A program made the translations under genes and the position numbers. From NCBI GenBank assembly GCA_951406725.2, contig OX597818.1:86242001-86306000 (forward strand): 64,000 bases of DNA, written 5' to 3'. The notes beneath the pieces are model-generated. The model saw nothing but the letters and a program-made list of their open reading frames with translations, had not been told where the DNA came from and did not search any database. This stretch comes from Octopus vulgaris (taxonomy: Eukaryota). Shown in pieces: positions 28,626 through 42,062 of this stretch (the stretch's first letter is position 1; the number at the start of each line of letters is the position of its first letter).

Positions 28626-28627
<2 letters not shown>
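28340..28627 (-). mobile_element. Copy of the 41.3-41.9 kb family lacking the HHR segment
   Basis: Homologous to 41500-41691 and to 41860-41909, joined through a CACTGGTTTTAATT duplication; flanked by (TA)n. Confidence 0.75.
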
Positions 28628-28676
<49 letters not shown>

Positions 28677-29092
28677 ATGAAAGAAAAGGAAAAGCATAGA
28701 AGTAAGAAATAGAGAGTGAAATAAAGTACAACGCAAACGATTTTTTAGGGGAAAGGGTTAATTTATTATATATCACCGCCAGATCTTATCTAGTTCTGAT
28801 TTTATCGACTATGAAAGAAATGAAAGGCAACGTCGGCGAGTAAATGTTGCATACCTGGAGTATTTATTATGCTCTCTGACAATATATGAACAAACGCGCA
28901 TGTCTACCAAATCCACCATATTACTTTGATTGGCTCAGAGCTACAGTAGAAGACATTTGACCAAGGAGCTACGCAGCGGAATTGAACCTTGAACCATGTG
29001 GTTAGAAAGATAACTACTTACCACACAACCACATCTGGACCTATTAAATACGTATGTAAGTATGTATATATATATATACACACATATATATA

Positions 29093-29396
29093 TCACGTGA
29101 TCACGTGACCGACCAGACCATCAGATGTTGTTACACATCGCTGGTCACTATGCGTTCGCATTGTTTTAGCCTTTGAATGACGCCACCCCGCTGGCTAAGC
29201 GAGCAGGTCAACAGAAGAAAGAGTGGGAGAAAGAGTGGTGAAAGGGTACAGCAGGGATCACAACCCCCTGCCGGGGCGTCGTGGAGATTTTAGGTGTTTT
29301 CGCTCAATAAACACTCACAACGCCCGGTCTGGGAATCGAAACCGCGATCCTACCACCACGAGTCCGCTGCCCTAACCACTGGGCCATTGCGCCTCT
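29093..29396 (-). mobile_element. SINE family C (tRNA head) with RTE-like 3' tail
   Basis: Head GGCGCAATGGCCCAGTGGTTAGGGCAGCGGACTCG..GGTTTCGATTCCC; tail ends GGTCTGGTCGGTCACGTGATCACGTGA. Confidence 0.85.
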
Positions 29397-29420
29397 ACAC
29401 ACAGACACACAGACACACAG

Positions 29421-29495
<75 letters not shown>

Positions 29496-30597
29496 GAGAG
29501 GGGAGGGGAGAGATGTATGTATATAAATATATGTGTTATGTATATGTATATGTGTCTGCGTATGTTGCATATCTATACACACACGCCTACACCCACACAT
29601 CTGTTTTTAAACATGTCTGCCTTTTTTTAAGGTGGAAGGGTGATTTTTAGGGACTACTTGCTGTTATTTCTAAAAAGAAATCGTATGACTAATAGAAGCT
29701 TTTCCTTGGCTCAAAATATACGTAAATGCGTGCATGCATGTGTAAATATGTGTGTACGTTACGCTTGTATCTCTGTGAGCGTCTGTGTACTTGTAAGTGT
29801 ATGTGTGTCTGTCTGTTGAAATGCTTGGGTATTTTTGGAAGTTTCTTCAATTTGATGTCCTCATTCTCTAGATTTGACACGAAATACTACCCCCACACAA
29901 AACAAATAGTCCTTTTCTTTTGCTTCTCTAATATGTTATCTAAATTTACTTTTTACGATGTTTCAACTTTGATAAGTTTTAAACTATAAATTTCTGAGAA
30001 CAAACATTGGCTGTCTTGACTTCATTTTATAGACATAAGGTTAGCAAATGTCAATTTAAATTTTGCGTTTTAAATTACGAAAGGAGGAAACTATTTGAAT
30101 AAGAACGTAAAACAGCGAATTAAGTATATGTTCATATAATACGTTTAGATTCGCAGTTATTTTATGAAGAGTTGAGTAACCTATGTGAACTAAAGCAAAT
30201 ACCAATTGCAGCAATTTCGAGGAAATTATAAATATTTATCGAAATAAAATACGAAAATATTTGTTTCTTTCTTAATGTTATTTGTGATAAATAAATGCAA
30301 TAAGGAAAAGGGAAGGAGGAAAGTTATAATTCTGGCCTGAGTAAATAGAAAAACGGGGTGAAAAAGGTTGGCATATTTAATATATCGTATTTATAAATCA
30401 TTGAGCGAAAAATCCAGGGAAAGATTGTGGTGCCATCTTAATTAATGCAAAGATTATGATTCATTGGTAAAGTCGAAAAGTATTTCCAAATATTGAGGGT
30501 TCATGAGTGAGAGTACATCAAGCTTACCAGAAAGATTTTATAAAAGAATAAATGTATATACACGATCATTTCCTATGTGTACATATACATTCACATT

Positions 30598-31372
30598 CTT
30601 TTACTTTTACCTTTAACTTATTTCAATTATTTGACTGTGGCCACGCTGGAGCATTACCTTGATGAATTTTAGTCGAACATGTCAACCTCAAGACTTTATA
30701 CAGGAAGTGGCTGTGTAGTAAGTAGCTTGCTTACCAACCACATGGTTACGGGTTCAGTCCCACTGCGTGGCACCTTGGGCAAGTGTCTTCTACTATAGCC
30801 TCGGGTCGACCAAAGCCTTGTGAGTGGATTTGGTAGACGAAAACTGAAAGAAGCCCGTCGTATATTTGTATATATATATATGTATGTGTGTATATATGTT
30901 TGTGTCTGTGTTTGTCCCCCCAACATCGCTTGCTAACCGATGCTAGTGTGTTTACGTCCCCGTAACCTAGCAGTTCGGCAAAAGAGACCGATAGAATAAG
31001 TTCTAGGCATACAAAGAATAAGTCCCGGGGTCGATATAATCGACTAAAGGCGGTGCTCCAGCATGGCCACAGTCAAATGACTGAAACAAGTAAAAGGGTA
31101 AAAAAGTACTTATTTTATCGGTCTGTTTTACTGAACCATAAAATTACGGTAATGTAAACACACCACCACCGGTTATCAAACGGTAGTGAAAGGCAAGAAC
31201 ACGCACACATAGATAGATATATGATAGGCTTCTTTCAGTTTCCATCTACCAAATCTACTCACAAAGGTTTGGTCGGTGCGAGGCTATTGCAAGAGACAGT
31301 TCCCCAAGCTACCACGCAGTGGGAGTGAACCCAGAACTATGTGATAGAGAAACAAGCTTCTTACCACACAAC
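30598..31372. mobile_element. SINE A (+, 30700-31106) nested in an older antisense SINE A
   Basis: The minus copy is split into 30598-30697 and 31107-31372 around an intact plus copy. Confidence 0.8.
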
Positions 31373-31377
31373 AAACT

Positions 31378-31678
31378 AGAGTATTCGGCTCATGATCGTA
31401 AGGTCGAGAGTTCGATTACCGGCGGGGTATTGTCTCCTTGAGCAAGACATTAAATTTCATGTTACTTCAGTCTACTCAGCTGGTGAAAATGAGTTGTGTC
31501 TGCATTTCAAAGGGCCAGCCTTGTCGCATTCGGTGTGTCACGCTGAATCTCCTTGAAAACGAGGTTAAGGTCACGCGAGTCTGTGGAGTGCACAACCACT
31601 TGCACATTAATCTCACGAGGAGTCTCTTCAGCTGATCGGAGTAACTGGAACACTCATCGTCGTAACCTTCGGAGAGCC
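31378..31678 (+). mobile_element. SINE family D
   Basis: Homologous to the copies at 26068 and 35738. Confidence 0.8.
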
Positions 31679-32003
31679 ATGCTTCTATTTGTATGTATGT
31701 ATGTATGTATGTTCACACTCACACAAATATATTTATACATACATACATATATACATACATACATACATACATGCATATATACATATATACATACACACGC
31801 ATATATATATATATATACACACACACATACAAACACACATAAATATATACATATTTCACGTTCACTAAAAAGTTTATTAAATTTCTCATGACGTCATGCT
31901 TATGTGCATATTATACACACACACGCACACGTACACACACAACACACACACACACACACACACGTACACACACACGCACGCACACAACACACATCTATAT
32001 CTC

Positions 32004-32163
32004 TAGATGGAGCTTATGTTCTTAAAATACACAGAAATGAATAGCAAAAATCTGCCCCACTCTCTCACCGTATATATATATATATATATAAGGAGAGGAA
32101 GAGAGAGAGAGAGAGGTCTTTACTCTTTATTTCGGGGTATTTTGAGAACATAAGCTCCGTCTA
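32004..32163. mobile_element. Small MITE-like inverted-repeat element
   Basis: ~38-bp imperfect TIRs TAGATGGAGCTTATGTTCTTAAAATAC / GTATTTTGAGAACATAAGCTCCGTCTA; CTC on both flanks. Confidence 0.6.
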
Positions 32164-32771
32164 CTCTGTGATAAGAATCTTCCAGTAAAATTCTGACTAT
32201 ACCAAAATTGTTCTAATCTTGATATATTCTGAAAAGTTTCAAACATTGTAAGATTTCCTCTCGTAACTTTTTCTTCATAAAAGTGCCAGTACATTGCTTG
32301 CTTGTTTTGGATAATCTGGCTGCAAATGTGGGAAACGCTGGTGAAAATTCTTCCCGTTTCTTTTACTGCTTCTTTCAGATTAACGCCAGATTAAGAAGAA
32401 AAACGAAACAGTTTATTATTTTGTACAAATATCCAAAATCATGAGTTTTTATTGCAAGTAATGATATCGTAAAAAAAAAAAAAAAAAGAGAGAGAGACGA
32501 AAGGGAGAAAGAGTGGGGTTGTTTGAGAAATTATAAACGAAAGAATGGGAAATGCTGGGAATGGAAAACAACATCCTCTAGTGGTCTTCAATTTTTTTTT
32601 TTTTTGACAATCTTTTACTTGTTTCAGTCATTTGTCTGCGGTCGTAGTGGGGCATCACCTGCAAGAATTTGTTTTACTCGAACAAATCCACTTTTTTGCC
32701 CAACTGCTAAGTTGGTGTTTTTCCTCCTGCAGTCAACCGCTTCACAATTGTTCACAATCGTTAACCTAGCA

Positions 32772-33131
32772 GAATCCAGGTAAAAAAAAGACACTAGTAA
32801 AAAAGTCACAGGAAAAAATGTCACAGTATTAAAGTCACAATTTTGGCTAGGGGAAAAATGGCACAGGAAAAAAGTTGCAATTAATTTATGGTGGCCGGTA
32901 ATAAAGTCACAGGATAAAGTCACAATTTTGGCTAGGGAAAAATATCACAGGAAAAAAGTCACAATTGATGGGATCCGGATACACCCACCTCCCCAGGACG
33001 CAACCCCCCTCGGACAACGCCCCTGGACAACCCCCCTACCCGGAAATCCCACGGACAAAATCTCAGTGACTTTGTTACCGTGACTTTTTTTTCCTGTGAC
33101 TTTTTTACCTGTGTGTTTTTTACCTGGATTC
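32772..33131. mobile_element. Foldback/MULE-like non-autonomous DNA transposon
   Basis: Ends GAATCCAGGTAAAAAA / TTTTTTACCTGGATTC; subterminal GGAAAAAAGTCACA repeats; internal GGACAACCCCC repeats; 9-bp TGCTAAGTT at 32705-32713 and 33132-33140. Confidence 0.75.
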
Positions 33132-33210
33132 TGCTAAGTTAACAACTGTGAACAATTGTGAAGCGGTTGACTGTAGAGGAAAAATACCAACACAGACACA
33201 CACAGAGATT

Positions 33211-33551
33211 ATCTTTTACTTGTTTCAGCCGTTGGACAGTTGTTATGCTTGGGTATTGCATTGAAAGGTTCTAGTTGAACGGTTCTTTAATTCTATCGGT
33301 TTCTTTCGCCGAACTGCTCAGTTACATGAACATAAACAAGCCAGCATCAGTTATCAAGCGCTAGTGGGGTGAAGGTTAGGGGACAACCACAAAAACACAC
33401 TCACACATACAACGGGCTTCTTTCAGTTTCCTGTCTACGAAATTTCTTCACAAGGCTTTGGTCGACCCGTTGCTATAGTAAGCGACACTTACCCAAAGTG
33501 CCATGCAGTGGGACTGGACCCGGAACCATATGGTTGCACTCAGCCTGCGCC
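33211..33551 (-). mobile_element. SINE family A
   Basis: Tail-to-head match to family A. Confidence 0.75.
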
Positions 33552-34341
33552 AATTAAAAACATTGAATGCTCCACGAATTTACCTGTCAGCACACAAATG
33601 CTAACGGCAGAGCAATATATAGTGTTTTATTGACTCTGTCTGATCAGTTACGTGAAGAGGTTTTCAGTTGCAATAAAACGCTATAAACGAATCTGTACAG
33701 GAATTTGACAAAATAATGGACACTCTACTTCTTATTCAACTATTTTTTTTTCTCTTGACAAAAGGGCAATTTTAAAACAGATCTAGTCTTTATATATGTG
33801 TTCAAATGCATTAGGTATCTGTTGTACTTCATGATATAAACCTCTGATTGTTTTCATTTTGCAGATATATTTATTTAAACTTAAGTTATTGTTTTTGTAT
33901 ACATTCGCTGCTTTCTTCCAAGGAATCTAATTCTCTTAGCTTAGTTTTTTGTGGGGGTTGGCCAGATTGGAGCAATCTCAAGTATAATCAGCCGAAATTG
34001 CGAAGATAATATGATACTTGACTGCGGAAAGAAAACTTCAAATGACCCGTCCTTGTTTTCTTTGTATCGTCTATCTGGATGTTTTGTTGTCCCATTTTTG
34101 TATCACCTAGCTGTCCGGATGTTTTGCGTTCTTGTCCCATTTTGTATTTTATATATATGTATGTGTGTCTGTCTGTCTGTCTGTCTGTGTCTGTGCGTGA
34201 GTGTGTGTGTGTGGAAGAACGTAGGCTCGAAACGTTAAAGACTTTTTCACTTCCCGAGTGTTATACTAATACATCTGTTTGATGTCTACACCACTTGTCT
34301 TCGTCTTTTGTTTTTTTGTGAATTCTCCCTATATATATGTC

Positions 34342-34378
<37 letters not shown>

Positions 34379-35212
34379 GTAGATAGAGAGATAGATTGAT
34401 TGATTGATAGATAGCTCACTCTATATGTACATATATATAGCTGTGTGTGTGTGTGTACGTATTATAACTGATTCTTTAAGCCAAATGATGAAATTATGAC
34501 CGTAGTGTGGCTATCGGACCACCTCAGTACATTCATATTTTGTAACATCTAAAACAGCGAATGTGATGTATGCGATATTGTTTGCCCTCACTTCATTGAT
34601 ATTCAATCATATATATATTTACGTTTGTCGAGTGAAAAATAATAACTCAATTATTTTTGACAAGCATCTGTAAAATTCTTCACTTTTTACTTAATAGAAA
34701 TCGCCGGCCGGTCTTACATCAATCACAATCGCTTTATATATACGTAACATATCTACAAAACGATTACTTTTAGGCTTAGATATACTAAATTATGAAACAC
34801 AACGACATATCCATCAAATGTTATACGTGTGTGTCTATTCTGTATATTTTAAAAATAAATCGATTCATCTTAGTCATATGCACTTTTGTATTTAGGGCAC
34901 GCTGCTTGATCCATGAATGAATAAGTTTTGTACTTATCTTAGAAACTAGTTGAAAATCGGGATGTAGAGAAGTCAATGCAACCATTATTTCTTCGGTAAG
35001 ATAATTTGTTTTTGTAGCTATATATTTTTAAAAGGTTTTTTTTTTAAATTTCTTTCTTTAGTTGTCAACGAATGCCGTGAAATTAGTATACAAGGGAGAC
35101 AGGGTAGGTCAATCGCGGTGACCACCATGAAATTGATACCATAGTGTAGTTAAAGATTCAATCATGGAAGAGGATATTTGATGTGTGTATGTGTGTTTAA
35201 ATGTGTATGCAC

Positions 35213-35264
<52 letters not shown>

Positions 35265-35384
35265 GTATGTATTTATATATGCATGTGTGTGTATGGATAA
35301 ACATATATAGAGATACATATACATATCTGTATATATATATGTATATATATATATACATGTATATATACATACATGTATAAATAA

Positions 35385-35442
<58 letters not shown>

Positions 35443-35737
35443 GTGTATATATATAAAGAGAGAGTGAGATAAATAGATAGACAAAATAAGCAACAGGATG
35501 CTACTAATTTTTTATTTTATTCACCATCGAGTTGTGCGGATAATACCGGACTGACTTGGTGCTTCAATTTAAATATCTAATTCAACTGAATCTCAATTAT
35601 GCACACATACACACACACATATGTATATGTATGTCTGAATATATGTATGTATGAATATATATATATGTGTGTGTGTGTGTCTGTGTCTGCGTGTGTGTGT
35701 GTGTGTGTATATGTGTGTATGTGTGTGTGTGTGCATA

Positions 35738-36052
35738 GGAGCACTCCGTCGGTTACGACGACGAGGGTCACAGCTGATACGATCAACGGAACAGCCTGCT
35801 CGTGAAATTAACGTGCAAGTGACTGAGCAATCCACAGACACGCGTACCCCTAACGTAGTTCGCAAGGAGATTCAGCGTGACACAGAGTGTGACAAGGCCG
35901 ACCCTTTGAAATACAGGTACAACTCATTTTTGCCAGCTTAGTGGACTGGAGCAACGTGAAAACAAGAGTCTTGCTCAAGGACACAACGTGGAATCGAACT
36001 CACGACCTTACAATCGTGAGCTGAATGCCCTAACCACTAAGCCACGCGCCTT
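35738..36052 (-). mobile_element. SINE family D
   Basis: Head GGCGCGTGGCTTAGTGGTTAGG..GTTCGATTCC and CCTTGAGCAAGAC. Confidence 0.85.
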
Positions 36053-36198
36053 CACACATAGGTGTATATATATATACTGTTGTGTCTGGGGAGAGTCACT
36101 TTCTTTTTGTGCCTTATACCCAGACACAATAGAATATGCTTTAAGACACAAACACACATAAAGAATCTTGCAAACCAAATCCTAAAACGAAATACATA

Positions 36199-37489
36199 CG
36201 AGGGGCGTTCAATAAGTAATGCCCCTGACCCACTTCCCATAGCAGTAGAGCAACGAAACTTGGCACGGCTATTAGTCTTTTTCTACATAGGAACCACCCA
36301 GAGTTACGCATTTCTCCCATTGCTTGATGCAGCTCTGGCGACCGTTTTTGTAAAAGACCCCAGCTTGGTCCTCCAACCTGAACGTGACTTCAGAAATCAA
36401 GGCTGCATCATCTGGGAAACGCTTTCCTTTCAAAAACAACTTCATGACTGGGAAGAGGTAAAAATCAGAGGGTGCAAGGTCAGGAAAGTAGGGGGATGGG
36501 GGAGGAGTTCATAGCCATACGCCTGTGCTTCTGATCTGGCGACAAGCGAGTTGTGGACCGGAGCGTTGTCCTGCAGGAGGAGGATGCCTTTGCTGATCTT
36601 GCCCCGCCTCTTGATTTTGATAGCTTCTCTTAATTTCCTCAAAAGTGAAGCATAATAGGCTCCTGCAATTGTGGTACCCTTTGCCAGGAAATCTGTCATC
36701 ACTACTCCGTCCTGGTCCCAGAAGACTGTGAGCATGACCTTGCCAGCGGAGGGCTGCACCCTTGCCTTCTTTGGAGGGGGTGAGTCACGGTGCTTCCACT
36801 GCATTAACTGGGCTTTGGTCTCTGGATCATCGTGATGGACCCAGGTTTCATCCTGTGTAATCAGTCTTTTGAAAAATTTTGACTCATCTTCTTGGCACAT
36901 CTCCAAATTCACCCTCGAGCACTCGACGCGTTCTTGCTTCTGGAAAGGCGTGAGCAACCTGGGAATCCATCTGGCAGACACCTTTTGCATATGCAAATGG
37001 TCATGAATGATAGTTTCCACAGACCCGGTACTAATCTTGACCTCATGGGCTATTTCGCGAATAATTATGCGTCGATCTTCCTAAATGGCAGCCTCAACTT
37101 GACGGACAGATGCCTCATCAATGGCAGAAGGGGGCGGCCAGATCTGGGAGCTGTTTCCACAGAGTTCCGACCATGTTTGAATTCACGATGCCAGCGTTTT
37201 ACAAGGTCATATGATGGGGCATCATTACCATAAGTTACTTTCATTTCATCAAAAGTCTCCCGTGGTGTGCGTCCTTTCAAATACAAAAACCGGATCACTG
37301 CTCGACACTCAACAGGCTTCATTTCACACTTGACTCGGTTCAAACACCTGTAAATCAGAAACCACAATTAATCCGGAGCTGTAATTTGCCACTTACTCTA
37401 TAGAGATATAAATGATTGCACATGCAAAATCTCAGCTAGATCAAACAACTGCAAGTGGGTCAGAGGCATTACTTATTGAACGTCCCTCG
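36199..37489 (-). mobile_element. Full-length mariner transposon (1291 bp)
   Basis: 37-bp TIRs CGAGGG(G/A)CGTTCAATAAGTAATGCC(C/T)CTGACCCACTT with 2 mismatches; TA duplication on both sides. Confidence 0.97.
36272..37322 (-). pseudogene. Mariner DD34D transposase pseudogene (irritans-like)
   Basis: MKPVECRAVIRFL, WIPRLL, QDETWVH, AGKVMLTVFWD, QDNAPVH, PDLAPSDFYLF, WEKCVTLGGSYVEKD*. Frameshifts near 37125 and 36495, plus an internal TAG. Confidence 0.93.
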
Positions 37490-37552
37490 TATATATATAT
37501 AAATATATACATATGTATATAAATATATATATATAAATATATACATACATAC

Positions 37553-37600
<48 letters not shown>

Positions 37601-38203
37601 ATACATATATGTATGTGTATGTATGATTACGGATAGATAGATAGATACATACATACATACATATATATTTGCGTAATACATAAATACAGGCAAAAACTCA
37701 AATGCCCAATGTTTCAGTTTACAAAGAAACAGTAAATGGGTGTTGAGTATATATCGTAAATCAGTCATGAGTGAAGTGCGGCCCACGGGACTTTCTGAAT
37801 GTCACGCCATACAAAAAATTACTTCGAATGTTTTTAGCAGTGCGACTTGCCTGATGATAAGCCTCGACAGATGCTACCCATACCTGGTGCAGAGTAATAT
37901 CCTTAAAATTTCGTTATGTACACATGCGTCTGTATATGTATGTATACGAATATGCAAGTGTGTGTGTGTCCTAAAGTCATAAGCCAAATCTCATTGCGGA
38001 ACCCAAAGATGAAAAATAGAAGGGCCGAAACCATTCAGTTTTATTTCTTTTCTTTTAGGCACAATATATCTAGGAGTACAACAGTATATGTTTTTGTAGG
38101 TCTGGCAATTATTGTGTCGGACTGATTTGTCGAACCACTAAGTAAACAAACGAAGTGGTAGGTGACGAACACTGACACAAAGACACACACACACACACAC
38201 ACA

Positions 38204-38234
<31 letters not shown>

Positions 38235-38301
38235 ATTTCATGTTATTTGCACCGTTGTTGACGTCCTACGCCCGTATATGCGTGTATATATATAAATATG
38301 A

Positions 38302-38375
<74 letters not shown>

Positions 38376-39268
38376 GTATATATGAATTGCTTCCACACGC
38401 TTTCCGTCAACTAAATTCACTCACAAGGCATTGGTCTGCCCGGAATCTTTTCTCAAAGTGGTGTGCAGCGAAACTGAATCCGTAACCACGTAGTTGCAAA
38501 GATAGCTGCTTAACCACAGAACCCTTCTCGCAAAGATTTCTTGTATAAAAAAAGAAAAGAAAGAAAGGAAGACCAAAAGTAATTTGAAAATTACGACGTT
38601 ACAATAACTGAAGAAATAATATCTGAAGATATAGGTTTTGATTATTACATGGAGAAAGGCAAGTTCCAATATGATGATCGTTGGTAACATTTTGTAATCA
38701 GAATGGTGCCTTAGATCGATCTAAATAAAATTTAATAAACGAAGAAATAAAAATAAAATTAAAATATTTTATCAGTAGAACTCCTAGTAAAATTGTTTAA
38801 ATTGACTAATTCTTTTGATGGCGTCAAAAGTTTGCTGGTAATGTAAATTTTTTTGAAGTCATCAAAAATTTGACTGCACGTTTTGAAGGTGGTGTGAGAG
38901 GAATCCTGTTACGTCGAGATATAATTTTACGTTTGCTTTCAAAGAAATGGAATGAAATTGTCGATTTTATAGCGGAATTAAAACAGAAATCGGTAGACTG
39001 TGGCTTCAGAGAATCAGATTGATTCAGATTATATGATCAAAGTCAGGTTGATTATGGTCACATTTATAAAAAAAAAAATAATAATAATAATAAAAAATGC
39101 GGCAAGCAATTTTATAGGAATCAGACCCAACATTAGAAATAATAATAATAATAAAAGATATTGAAATTGCTGTGGCAGTACAGAGAATTGCTGAAAAACT
39201 TTCCAAATTGACCGGAAGGAAGGATTCAGGTTAAAAACTTCAGGTGCCAGAGTTGTACAGAGGAAGAA

Positions 39269-39325
<57 letters not shown>

Positions 39326-39796
39326 ATTGAATAATTTTTGACATAAACATGTAGGATTGCTGATTCAGGTTTAATTAAAACACATGTGAGCAATATTTCA
39401 AACATAAAAAAAAATTAAAGCAAAATCAAATATCCAGTTTTGAGAAATATTACAGTAGTAGAAACAAATGTGAGGAAGCAGGATCATAAATATTTCATTG
39501 GAAGTCAATGGCCAGATAAACGAATGCAGTTGAGGCTACTGAAACAGTTGTCTGTAGCTGTAAACAGTGAACTGCTGAAAATAGCGTCTTGATTTCAAAT
39601 ACAGCCTGAAGACTGCTTGCCGAAACAAGGCACGTTATAAAAAGTGCTAACCATGTGACTTGATAGCAAGAAACTATTAGCAGTTCTTATTTTAATACAG
39701 TTTATATTAAATGATATTTATCTCACACTGGATGGAGGGCTTACATGAAGATCTTCAGTGATAGGCATGGAGTAGATTGCTTGTTCCTTCTCGAAC

Positions 39797-40060
39797 CATC
39801 CCTGGCTCATAAGGGCCGGTTTCTCAGTTTCCTTGGCGTATAGGTTCCCCACCTGGACGGAACGCCGGTCCGTCGCAAGTGAGCTGCAAGAGGCAGGAGG
39901 AAAGAGTGAGAGAAAGTTGTGGCGAAAGAGTCAGAAGTTCGCCATCATCTTCTGTCGGAGCCGCGTGGAGCTTAGGTGTTTCGCTCATAGACACACACAT
40001 CGCCCGGTCTGAGATTCGAACCCGCGAGTCCGCTGCTATAACCACTAGGCCATGTGCCTA
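39797..40060 (-). mobile_element. SINE family C variant
   Basis: tRNA head plus GCGACGGACCGGCGTTCCGTCCAGG..GGAAAC domain, as in the 53764 copy. Confidence 0.75.
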
Positions 40061-40159
40061 CACAAGGAGTAGATTAGATGTTTCGAAATAGACATGACAT
40101 CATTAATTCACTGACGAAGGAGTTGTGTAATTGAATATGAATACAAACATGGAACCATA

Positions 40160-40593
40160 TTGATTTCAAATTTTGGCACAAGGCCAGCAATTTAAGGGAG
40201 GGGTAAGTCGAATACATCGACCCAAGTACTTAACTGGTGCTTATCTTATCGACCCAGAAAAGATGAAAGGTAAAATGGACCCCAACAGAATTTGAACTCA
40301 GAACGCAAAGACGGACGAAATATTGCTAAGCAATTTTCCCGTTGTGCTAACGATTGTTAATTAAGTTTTAGTCAAAGGAGGCGGCAAGCTGGAAGAAACG
40401 TTAGCACCCTGGGCGAAATGCTAAGCAGAATTTCGTCTGCCTTTACGCTCTGAGTTCAAATTCCGCCGATGTCGACTTTACCTTTCATCCATTCGGGATC
40501 GATAATTAAGTACCAGTTAGATACTGGGGTCGATCTAATCGACTGGCTCACTCACCTAAAATTTTGGGCCTTGTGCCTAGAGTAGAAAAGAAT
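40160..40593. mobile_element. Head-to-head pair of SINE B copies
   Basis: Minus copy ~40160-40355 and plus copy 40378-40593. Confidence 0.8.
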
Positions 40594-41057
40594 TTAGTTT
40601 TAGTCAAAACTCGGGTATTTAAACGTAAGTATTTGCACGAAACAGAAGGTTTATTTAGAACTGAAAGATGAAGCCAAGACTAAATTCTACAATTCGCATA
40701 GGATTACAGTAAGACTGAGAACAAAAGTTGAAGAGAACTGACAGCTCAATGTGGCTATTTTGGAAAATTCTGTTGTGTTTCACTTGTTCCGATCACTGAA
40801 GCTCGGCCATGTTGAGACACCACTTTGAAGGGTTTAATCTAACAAATCGAGACCGGTGCTTACTTTTAAACTTGGTAGATATTCTGTCGGTCTCTTTTGC
40901 CCAACCATTTGGTTACCATGACGTAAACAAACTAACACCAGTTGTTAACTGGTGTTTGAAGACAGACACAAACATTGCCAAACAGGCATGTGTGTGTGTA
41001 TTTGTACATATGATTGTGTATGCGTGTAAACATATACATACATGCATATATACATGC

Positions 41058-41149
<92 letters not shown>

Positions 41150-41383
41150 GGTTTTAGTCGAACAAATCATCCCCAGGACTTATTCTTTGTAAGCCTAGAT
41201 TTTATGCAATCGGTCTCTTTTGACAAACCGCTAAGTGAAGAGACATATCACACCAACATCGGTTGTGATGGCGTGGGGGACAAACACAGACACAAACACA
41301 CACAAATATGTTCTCAAATAAAAATCCAGCACGAACCAAAGTATTAAAAATAAGCAAGACAAATGAAAATATACGAAATAAAA

Positions 41384-41466
41384 ATGATTACCTATGTACT
41401 GAATCAGTTTCGATTGTTATTATCCACGCATGTGAATACCCGCAATCTCTTCAGCATAGTCGTCAT
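41384..41466 (-). ncRNA. Type-I hammerhead ribozyme
   Basis: AUGAcgaCUAUG CUGAAGA GAUUG-cggg-UAUUCAC-augc-GUGGAUA-auaa-CAAUC GAAA CUG-auu-CAG UA/ CAUAGguaaUCAT. Canonical core, all three stems, GUA cleavage triplet. Confidence 0.9.
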
Positions 41467-41695
41467 ATAGAAATGCAATTTGCAGGACTAGATACAAAAA
41501 CGTTTGACCAGAGTCTCGCATGCATAGAGTACAACCAATTATATTTATGTGTATCTTTCAAATGCCTTCACTTTGGTGCGCTGAGATCGGAAATCTATCC
41601 TGCAGCCAATAAGCAGCAGCAGTCAATTTACCGGTTAGAGAACATTTATTATTATTTAAAATTTAATAAGGGTAGAAATTGATATTAATCACTTT

Positions 41696-41778
41696 ATGAC
41701 GACTATGCTGAAGAGATTTCGGGTATTCACATGCGTGGATAATAACAATCGAAACTGATTCAGTACATAGGTAATCAT
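41696..41778 (+). ncRNA. Type-I hammerhead ribozyme
   Basis: Same fold as 41384-41466 with one stem II change (GAUUU). Core CTGAAGA 41708-41714, GAAA 41751-41754, predicted cleavage after 41765. Confidence 0.88.
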
Positions 41779-41913
41779 TTTTATTTCGTATATTTTCATT
41801 TGTCTTGCTTATTTTTAATATTTTGGTTCGTGCTGGATTTTTATTTGAGAACATATTTTTTGTGGAAAATAGCGATTTGGCGTCTATATCTAGCTTGTTG
41901 ACCGTCCACAAAC

Positions 41914-42062
<149 letters not shown>

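Larger units (their letters stand above)
41304..41912 (+). mobile_element. HHR-bearing non-coding element with 164-bp inverted 5' duplication
   Basis: 41304-41467 is the near-perfect reverse complement of 41695-41858. Sits in the internal microsatellite of a minus-strand SINE A (41150-41303 / 42065-42195). Confidence 0.85.

Noticed and set aside
39606-39632. CUGAAGA..GAAAC hammerhead-like motif
   Set aside because: No stable stem II and no UH cleavage site.
41308-41682. 124-aa ORF partly shared with 28491-28736
   Set aside because: The similarity reflects DNA repeat homology; the ORF spans the antisense HHR arm and has no recognisable domain.
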